NCBI RefSeq assembly: GCF_004353825.1
Contig: NZ_SMNA01000012.1
Coordinates: forward strand, 1 to 64,000
Direction: 5' to 3'
Length of the DNA: 64,000 nucleotides
Origin: Occultella glacieicola
GTDB taxonomy: Bacteria; Actinomycetota; Actinomycetes; Actinomycetales; Beutenbergiaceae
Part shown: one piece after another, positions 57,353 to 64,000 of the stretch
Numbering within the stretch: the first letter of the stretch is position 1
How the letters are laid out: every line of letters starts with the position of its first letter
The notes under the pieces: model-generated
The model's database searches: none
What the model saw: only the letters and a program-made list of their open reading frames with translations
Told to the model about the DNA's origin: nothing
Position numbers and translations under genes: made by a program

Positions 57353-59263
57353 CTACCGGCTCTCGAACCGGAACCGCCGATCGTCGCCCTCGCGGGCCCC
57401 CTCGAACCGAACGCTCGTGCTCCCGACGTTCGGGGCGCCGTCGGCGATCAGCGTGAGCCGGTGCAGCGACTCTCCCCAGACCGGCCCGAGCCGCACGTCG
57501 TCGATGTCGATCACCTCGTGCTCGGTGCGGCACAGCCCGGCGTCGTGGTGCAGCCGCACCCGCGCCCGCTCGCCCGCGAGTTCGAGGACGCCGGGGACGA
57601 TCACCACCGGTTCGCGGCGCAGCAGCAGGTGCCACCGCAGCGGGCCCGCGGCCTCGAGGTCCCAGGTGTCCCGGACGGTGACCTGCCCGGCGGCCCGGTC
57701 GAGCATCACCTCGCGCCACCAGGACCGGATCCCGGCGCCGCGGTCGTAGGCGTCGGCCAGATCCGCCCGGAACGTCGCCGACTGCTCGTCCAGGGTCGCC
57801 GCAACGCTGCGGGCGGCGAACTCGCGCCCGTCCCGCTGCTCCCAGCGCCCCACTTGCGGCAGGTTGTGGAACGTCGAACGCATCGTCCAGATCTGGTACC
57901 GGTCGGCCGAGAACGTGCGCCGGGTGTACTCCCCGACACCGGCGTCCACGACCACCGGGTCGCCGTCCCACGCGAGCACGAACGACCCGACGTCGTTGTG
58001 GTTGTGGCTCTCCGCGTTGTGCCCGCCCTTGACCGCCACGAACGGGCCCTGCGCGCTGCCGGCCCGGGTGCGGGCGGTGAGGACCTCGGTGCGCGGCAGC
58101 CAGGTGTGCGCGAGCAGCGGCGGGTCGGCGGGTGGCGCGGCGTGCCAGTCTGCGTCGAACAGGGCAGGCAGGACCCGGCCGAGGGAGTAGGACGGTTCGA
58201 CCGCGGGTCCCGCGCCCCGCATCGCCCGGGCGTGCGCCTGGACCTGGTGGTCCCCGATGCGGCGGCCGAACAGGTGCAGCAACCGGGGCGAGGCGCCGTT
58301 GCGGCTCGCGCCCCGGTCGGCGCGGGCGGCTCCGTCGGCGAAGTTGACGTACCAGGGCCCGCCCACGTGCACGCCGAGCGGGTATCGGGCCGCGGCGCGC
58401 AGGTACGGCTCGTCGTAGAGGTCGAGGGCGCCGCCGGAGGCCGAGTGCAGCCATTCCAGGCACTCGAACAGGCTCGCCGCGGCGCGCCACCAGTAGTCCA
58501 CGCCCTCGTCGCAGCCACCGTCGTCCGGGACCGCGGCCAGGTGGTGGTCCAGCCCGGCCGCCACCTTGAGCATGGTGGCCACGCGGCGCTCCCGGTCGTC
58601 CTCGAGCAGCAGGGTGGCGGCCACGAGGTTGGAGTGGATCCACGGGTTCCAGTTGTTCGCGGAGCCGGAGTACCAGCGCCAGGTCGTATCGGAGAGGTAG
58701 GGGGCCAGGGCCCGACGGCGGACCTCACCCCGGATCCGGGACCGCAGCCCGGGTGCACGGTCGGCCAGGCGCGGGCCGAGCACGTGGTCGGCCCAGGCCA
58801 GCGCGGCCGCCGTCTCGGCGGCGAACAGGTCGAGGGAGGGCCGAGCCGGGTCCGGCAGCGCACCCCCGCCGTCAGGCTCGCCGAAGTCGTGCGGCGGCAG
58901 GCACCACGCGCTCTCCTCACAGACGGCCCAGAGCCCGTCGACGACGTCGTCGAGGAAGCGGTCGTCCGCGGTCAGGGCCGCGGCCACCACGCCCGCCGCG
59001 AGCCGGTCCCGGCGGGCGAAGTAGTGCCGTTCGAACGGCAGCCGCAGCCCGTCCCGGGCGTAGGCGAGCCAGGCCGTCGCGGGCAGCGTCGGCCACGGCC
59101 CGGTGCACCGCTGCTCGGCCTCGACGAGCAGGACGCTCCGCACGGCGGCGTCCACCGCATCCCAGGCGGCCCGATCATCGACCGGCGGCACCGGCCGCCA
59201 CGCCCCCGGCTCCGGGAGGTGCTCCCGCAGCACCGCCTCGGCGAGTCGGTCACTGACACGCAC
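57353..59263 (-). CDS. heparinase II/III family polysaccharide lyase-like protein
   Basis: NNWNPW, DGGCDEG..YW, VNFAD, KGGHNAESHNHNDVGSF, HN; no signal peptide. Confidence 0.85.
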   Translation of the reverse strand: MRVSDRLAEAVLREHLPEPGAWRPVPPVDDRAAWDAVDAAVRSVLLVEAEQRCTGPWPTLPATAWLAYARDGLRLPFERHYFARRDRLAAGVVAAALTADDRFLDDVVDGLWAVCEESAWCLPPHDFGEPDGGGALPDPARPSLDLFAAETAAALAWADHVLGPRLADRAPGLRSRIRGEVRRRALAPYLSDTTWRWYSGSANNWNPWIHSNLVAATLLLEDDRERRVATMLKVAAGLDHHLAAVPDDGGCDEGVDYWWRAAASLFECLEWLHSASGGALDLYDEPYLRAAARYPLGVHVGGPWYVNFADGAARADRGASRNGASPRLLHLFGRRIGDHQVQAHARAMRGAGPAVEPSYSLGRVLPALFDADWHAAPPADPPLLAHTWLPRTEVLTARTRAGSAQGPFVAVKGGHNAESHNHNDVGSFVLAWDGDPVVVDAGVGEYTRRTFSADRYQIWTMRSTFHNLPQVGRWEQRDGREFAARSVAATLDEQSATFRADLADAYDRGAGIRSWWREVMLDRAAGQVTVRDTWDLEAAGPLRWHLLLRREPVVIVPGVLELAGERARVRLHHDAGLCRTEHEVIDIDDVRLGPVWGESLHRLTLIADGAPNVGSTSVRFEGAREGDDRRFRFESR

Positions 59264-59662
59264 TGTTCCTCCTGGTCACCCTCGAACACGACCACGCCAT
59301 CCTTGCGCACCGGCCGGCCGTTGCCGAACGCCACCGGCCACGCGGCGGTCCGTCGCCGACCACCGCTGCCACCGCCGTCGCGCCGAAACCGGTGCCCTTG
59401 CCGCGCCCCGTCCCTGAGGCCGCGGTCCGGGTTGGCGATCCTCTTGATCAGGGCATTGACCGCCGTGGTCGCGATCTCGGCGTGATCGGCCGGCGCACCG
59501 CCGGCGACGTTCTGGAGCGAGTACCGAACGCGGCCCTGAAGACGTTCTCGCGGGAAGCCAGGCGCCGTGCACCCGGTCGGTCCTGAGCCTCGCCCGGAGC
59601 ATGCTCCAGGCGGCCGTCGCAGGAACGAACTTTCCGCAGATAGTTGTTCTTCGGCTCTGCCC

Positions 59663-60772
59663 TCAGGCGTGCGCCGCGCCCCTCGCCTCGGCCGGCGGGG
59701 CGGTCGAGGACCGCAGGATCAGCTTGGCCGGCCGCACCACGAGCTGCGGCGGCCCGCCGTGGGCGGCCGGCCCGCCGATCCGGTGGAGCAACAGCTCCCC
59801 GGCCCGCTCCCCCACCCACGCGGCGGCGCTGTCCACGGTGGTCAGCCCGATCCCGGGCAGCGAGCCGGCGCTGATGTTGTCGTGCCCGATGATCGAGACG
59901 TCCCACGGCACGCTGAGCGCGAGTTCCGCGCAGGCCACCAGTCCGCCGAGGGCCATCACGTCGTTCGCGTAGTGCAGCGCGGTGGGCCGCGGGGTGCGGG
60001 CGAGCAGCTCGTGCGTGCCGAGCCGGCCGTCCTCCATCATCGAGCCCACGGTGACCGAGACGGCGTCCGGAAGGTCCGCCGTCGCCGCCTCGAAGCCGCG
60101 CAGTCGGTCGTGGAACGGCTTCACGCTCTGGTTGCTGGCCACGTAACCGATCCGGGTGTGGCCGAGGTCGCGCAGGTGCTTGACCGCGATCTCGGCGCCC
60201 TGGACGTTGTCGATGACCACGGTGTCCCAGAGCAGTTCCGGCAGGTCGCGGCTGGCCAGCACGGTCGGGACGCCGAGTTCCTCGATGAACTCCAGCTCGG
60301 CGGAACCGCCCTGGACCGAGGCGAGGATCAGCCCGTCCACCCGCCGCTGGATGAGCGAGCGGATGATCTCGACCTCCCGGTCGCCGTCCCGCCCGGAGCT
60401 GCCCAGGATCAGGTTGTAGCCGCGCGTCTCGACCACGCTCTGCAGGCTGGCGACCAGATCGGGGAAGAACGGGTTCATGATGTCGGCGATCACGAGGCCG
60501 ATCGTCATCGAGGAGCCGCTGGTCAGGCTGCGGGCGATCGGGCTCGGGTGATAGTCGAGCTCACGGATCGCGTCCTCGATCCTGGCCCGGGTCTTCGGCG
60601 CCACGGAGTACCCGAGCGAGACGTTCAGGAACTTCGAGACCGTGGCCTTCGACACGCCCGCGCGCGCGGCCACGTCGTTGATCGTGGGCTTGGCGGGCCG
60701 GCGCGCCTCGGCGCCCTCACCGGGCGCGGCCCACGACTCGGCCGCGCCCTCGACCGCGGGCCCGTCGTTCAC
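59663..60772 (-). CDS. LacI family transcriptional regulator
   Basis: TINDVAARAGVSKATVS, NPFF, IGHDN, LTTV; GTGA overlap with the SDR gene. Confidence 0.92.
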   Translation of the reverse strand: MNDGPAVEGAAESWAAPGEGAEARRPAKPTINDVAARAGVSKATVSKFLNVSLGYSVAPKTRARIEDAIRELDYHPSPIARSLTSGSSMTIGLVIADIMNPFFPDLVASLQSVVETRGYNLILGSSGRDGDREVEIIRSLIQRRVDGLILASVQGGSAELEFIEELGVPTVLASRDLPELLWDTVVIDNVQGAEIAVKHLRDLGHTRIGYVASNQSVKPFHDRLRGFEAATADLPDAVSVTVGSMMEDGRLGTHELLARTPRPTALHYANDVMALGGLVACAELALSVPWDVSIIGHDNISAGSLPGIGLTTVDSAAAWVGERAGELLLHRIGGPAAHGGPPQLVVRPAKLILRSSTAPPAEARGAAHA

Positions 60773-61551
60773 CCGAGCACCCCGCCGCCGTTCAGGTGCA
60801 GCGTCTGCCCGTGGAACAGGGGGGCACCGGGGCCGACCAGGAACGTGACCGCCGGCCCGATCTCCTCGGGCAGGCCGAGCCGGCCGATCACCGAGTCCCG
60901 GGTGCGGGTGTGCACCCATTCCGGGGTCGCGTGCGGGGTCACCATCGGGGTGTCGATCGGCCCGGGCGCGATCGCGTTGACCCGTACCGTCGGCCCGACC
61001 TCGCGGGCCAGCGCCCGGGTGAAGCCGAGCAGCCCGGCCTTCGCCGTGCAGTAGGCGACGAAGTCGGTGGCGCCCTTGTAGGCGAGCTGCGAGCTCAGAT
61101 TCACGATGCGCCCCTCCCCTCGCTCCAGCATGCCCGGCACCACCAGGCGGGTCACGATGAACACGCCGTCCAGGTCGACGGACATGGTCCGTCGCCACTG
61201 GGCGAGGTCGGTGTCCACGAGCCGTCGCGACTCCATCCAGCCCGCGTTGTTGACCAGGATATCGATCGGACCCAACCGCTCCTGCGCGTCCTCGAGGGCG
61301 GCGGCGACGGCGTCCCAGTCCGTCACGTCGGCGGAGACCTCGACGGTGCGCACGCCGAGGTCCTCGAGCTCGCCGCACAGGGCCAGCGCCTGCTCACGCT
61401 GGTCGAGGTGGTGCACCACGATGTCCGCGCCCGCGCGGGCGAGGTCACGGCAGATCGCCGCACCGAGGGCACCGACCGCGCCGGTGACCAGGGCCACCGA
61501 TCCGGTCAGCGTCCCGGGGGCCGCAGCGGCGGGAGTTCGGTCGTCGGTCAT
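60769..61551 (-). CDS. SDR family oxidoreductase (FabG-like)
   Basis: VTGAVGALG, LVNNAG, YCTAK, VNAIAPG. Confidence 0.9.
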   Translation of the reverse strand: MTDDRTPAAAAPGTLTGSVALVTGAVGALGAAICRDLARAGADIVVHHLDQREQALALCGELEDLGVRTVEVSADVTDWDAVAAALEDAQERLGPIDILVNNAGWMESRRLVDTDLAQWRRTMSVDLDGVFIVTRLVVPGMLERGEGRIVNLSSQLAYKGATDFVAYCTAKAGLLGFTRALAREVGPTVRVNAIAPGPIDTPMVTPHATPEWVHTRTRDSVIGRLGLPEEIGPAVTFLVGPGAPLFHGQTLHLNGGGVLG

Positions 61552-62732
61552 CGGAGGCCTCCAGGTCCGGTCGCGCTGAGTGCCGCGGTCCGCTCGGTAT
61601 GGATGAAGGGGTCGAGCCGGCCGGTGGCCTGGGCTCGCAGTGCCCTACGCCCCAGCATCGTCTCGTGGATCTCACTGGTGCCGTCGAAGATCTGGGTCAC
61701 CTTCGCGTCCCGGTGCATCCGGTTGACCGGCTCGTCGGTCACGATGCCGAGGGCACCGTGGATCTGCATCGCCTCGTCCGTGGCTCGGCGGGCGGCGTCG
61801 GAGGCGAACATCTTCGCCATCGAGATGAGGTCCTGGTCGCCGCCGTCACCGTCGGCGAAGGACCGGGCCGCGCGCAGGGTCAGGGCCGAGGCCGCGTGCA
61901 GGTCGGTGGCCATCCGGCCGATCTTGCGCTGGATGATCGCCAGCTCGGCCAGCGGTCGCCCGAACGCGGAGCGGCCGTTGGCCCGGTCCAGGCTCGCGAC
62001 CAGCGCTCCCCGCAGCAGCCCGCAGCCGTAGGCGGCCGCGTCGATGCGGGCCATGTTCAGCCCGTCCATCATCCCCGCGAACCCCTCCACGTCGAGACGG
62101 TCGGCGGCGGGCACGGACACGTCGGTGAAGTGCAGCTCCCCGTTCGGCATCCCGCGGAACCCCGAGAGCTCCGGACCCGGGCGGCCGGACGCGCCGGGGC
62201 TGGACATGTCGACCACGAGCGCGACCATCGGCGCGTCCCGGTCGGCGGAGCCGACCTTGGCGAGAACGATCGCGAAGTCCGCGACCGGGGCGAACCCCAC
62301 CCAACACTTGCCGCCGTTGAGGACGTACCGGTCGCCGTCGGGCATCGCGACGGTCTGCAGACCCCGCACGTCGGTGCCGGCCTCGGGCTCGGTGATCGCG
62401 AACGACCCGAACGTGCGCCCGGCGAGCGTCGGCTCCAGCCACCGTTCGACCAGGTGGGCGGGTGCGTACTTGCCGAGCAGGTAGGTGCTCAGCCGGGTCC
62501 CGGCGACCAGGAGCGCGACCGCCGGGGAGTGCGCCGCGAGTGACATCGAGACCTCGCAGGCGGTCTCGATCCGGGTCGGGTCGGGCCGGCCCCCCGGTCC
62601 GGCGAGGATCCGCTGCAGCCCGAGGGCGGCGGCCCGCTCGATCAGGTCGGGTGGGATGTTTGCGTCGCGGTCGATCGCCTGCGCTCGCGGGGCGACCTCG
62701 GCGTCGATGAAGGTTTCCAGTCCAGGGATCAT
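61548..62732 (-). CDS. acyl-CoA dehydrogenase family protein (copy 2)
   Basis: FAITEPEAGTD, GGKCWV, SMAKMFAS, QIFDGTSEI. Confidence 0.9.
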   Translation of the reverse strand: MIPGLETFIDAEVAPRAQAIDRDANIPPDLIERAAALGLQRILAGPGGRPDPTRIETACEVSMSLAAHSPAVALLVAGTRLSTYLLGKYAPAHLVERWLEPTLAGRTFGSFAITEPEAGTDVRGLQTVAMPDGDRYVLNGGKCWVGFAPVADFAIVLAKVGSADRDAPMVALVVDMSSPGASGRPGPELSGFRGMPNGELHFTDVSVPAADRLDVEGFAGMMDGLNMARIDAAAYGCGLLRGALVASLDRANGRSAFGRPLAELAIIQRKIGRMATDLHAASALTLRAARSFADGDGGDQDLISMAKMFASDAARRATDEAMQIHGALGIVTDEPVNRMHRDAKVTQIFDGTSEIHETMLGRRALRAQATGRLDPFIHTERTAALSATGPGGLR

Positions 62733-63181
62733 GAGGCACCGCCGGTCTCCGGGTAGCAGTACAGGATGTGGGTCCCGACCAGGACGAGCTCCTCGCCCCG
62801 CCGGGTGGTCACGCGCATCTCGGCGAGGGCCTGATGCCGGCCCGGGTCCACGGACGCGACCGTGTACTCGACCCGGACCGTGTCCCCGAGGAAGACCGGG
62901 CGGATGAACCGCACCCGGTCGTAGCCGTAGGAGACCGCGGTCACGCCGTGCTCGTCGCACAGCCGCGCGGCCGCCGTGGACGTGAGCGCGAGCACGAGGC
63001 TGCCGTGGGCGATCCGGCGCCCCTGCGGGCGCTCCTGCATGTACTCCTCGTCGATGTGCTGGGGCGCGAGGTCGCCGGTGATCCCGGCGAACAGGCCCAC
63101 GTCGGCCTCGGTGACGGTCTTGCGGAAGACGACCGAGGCGCCGACGGCGGGGAGCCCGTCGCGCAGTCCGGTGGCACTCAT
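62729..63181 (-). CDS. MaoC-like (R)-hydratase (copy 2)
   Basis: FAGITGDLAPQHID, AHG, RFIRPVFLGDT. Confidence 0.9.
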   Translation of the reverse strand: MSATGLRDGLPAVGASVVFRKTVTEADVGLFAGITGDLAPQHIDEEYMQERPQGRRIAHGSLVLALTSTAAARLCDEHGVTAVSYGYDRVRFIRPVFLGDTVRVEYTVASVDPGRHQALAEMRVTTRRGEELVLVGTHILYCYPETGGAS

Positions 63182-64000
63182 GCGCTCACTCGCTCGGGTC
63201 GTCCGGCGCCGACGGCGCCGCGGGCGAGGAGCGCGTCGTAGTCGTCGGCGAGGCCGAGTTCGGCGAGCACCTCGCCGGTGTGCTCGCCCAGCAGCGGCGC
63301 GGGACGACGGGCGGGCAGTTGGCCGCCGTCCAGGGTGATCGGGTTGCCGACCAGGTCCAGGCGGCCCGCCTCGGGGTGGTCCACCTGCAGGCGGCGGCTC
63401 GGCCAGGCGACCATCGGGTCCGCCGTCATCGCGGGGTAGTCGTTCACCGGTGCGCACCAGACCCCGGCCGCGTCGAGTGCGGCGAGGCAGTCCGCCGTGC
63501 GTAGCCGCGCCACGATCTCGCCGACCCGGGCGTTCAGCTCGTCGCGGCGCTGGGTCGCGGCGTCCTTGTCCGGGAACTCGGCGAGCAGGTCCGGCCGGCC
63601 CAGCCCCTCGGCCAGCGCCGCCATCGTGGTCAGGGAGATCGCGACGTGCCCGTCCAGGGTGGCGTGGACGCCGTACGGGGCCTCGATCGAGGCGCTGCCG
63701 GGCACGGTCGGGCGCTCCGGGACCTCACCGGAGTTGAGGGCGGTGACCACCTCCTGGGTGGTCTGGTGCAGCATGGCGCCGACCAGGTCGACCTCGATCA
63801 GCCGGCCCTGCCCGGTGGCGCCGCGCTCAACGAGGGCGGCGGCGGCGCCGAGGGCGAGCATGGTCGCGGCGTGCACATCGGCCACGAACGGCCCGGCCGG
63901 CGTCGGGTCGGAGGCCCGGGTGCCGGTCAGCCAGAGGGCCCCGGTCCGAGCCTGGGCGAGCAGGTCCTGGCCGGGCATCCGCTGGTCCGCGGCATGCGGG
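63178..64000 (-). CDS. CaiB/BaiF CoA-transferase (copy 2; 5' part outside the window)
   Basis: PGQDLLAQAR, GPFVAD, GVWCAPVN, APLLGEHT. Confidence 0.88.
   Translation of the reverse strand, partial: PHAADQRMPGQDLLAQARTGALWLTGTRASDPTPAGPFVADVHAATMLALGAAAALVERGATGQGRLIEVDLVGAMLHQTTQEVVTALNSGEVPERPTVPGSASIEAPYGVHATLDGHVAISLTTMAALAEGLGRPDLLAEFPDKDAATQRRDELNARVGEIVARLRTADCLAALDAAGVWCAPVNDYPAMTADPMVAWPSRRLQVDHPEAGRLDLVGNPITLDGGQLPARRPAPLLGEHTGEVLAELGLADDYDALLARGAVGAGRPERVSA

Noticed and set aside
1..64000. rRNA, tRNA, riboswitch, IS transposase, prophage or eCIS structural genes
   Set aside because: None were recognised by eye; small RNAs could be missed without covariance-model searches.

Overview
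Very GC-rich actinobacterial chromosome segment (gene content suggests Micrococcales). A core scaffold runs sucB/dlaT (5'-truncated), TIGR01777, Ser/Thr kinase-like gene, lipB, lipA, DUF4191, RDD, glnA (with a clear GlnR box). Two accessory blocks interrupt it: GH43/PadR/SDR/orphan qcrB, and sulfatase/SQR/methyltransferase/SNF2-SWIM/VapBC. About 40 kb of accessory DNA follows glnA. It holds an AbiE-like HTH plus nucleotidyltransferase pair, a LacI/TRAP/CoA-transferase catabolic cluster coupled to an AGE sugar epimerase, a decayed CoA-transferase relic, an AraC hydrolase operon and a peptide-type ABC transporter. It also holds a putative toxin/effector neighbourhood and a second CaiB-MaoC-ACAD operon next to a heparinase II/III-like lyase. 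The most striking signals are four: (1) two unrelated proteins sharing an N-terminal LQxxAGNRAVAxLL...VQR leader, one carrying a JAB-like domain and a candidate immunity gene; (2) a stand-alone QcrB paralog lacking both heme-bH histidines and the Qo motif; (3) twin CoA-dependent operons tied to carbohydrate enzymes, whose ACADs lack the canonical catalytic Glu; (4) a dispersed palindromic repeat family. No rRNA, tRNA, CRISPR, transposase or integrase was recognised. All product calls come from motif recognition by eye, not database searches.
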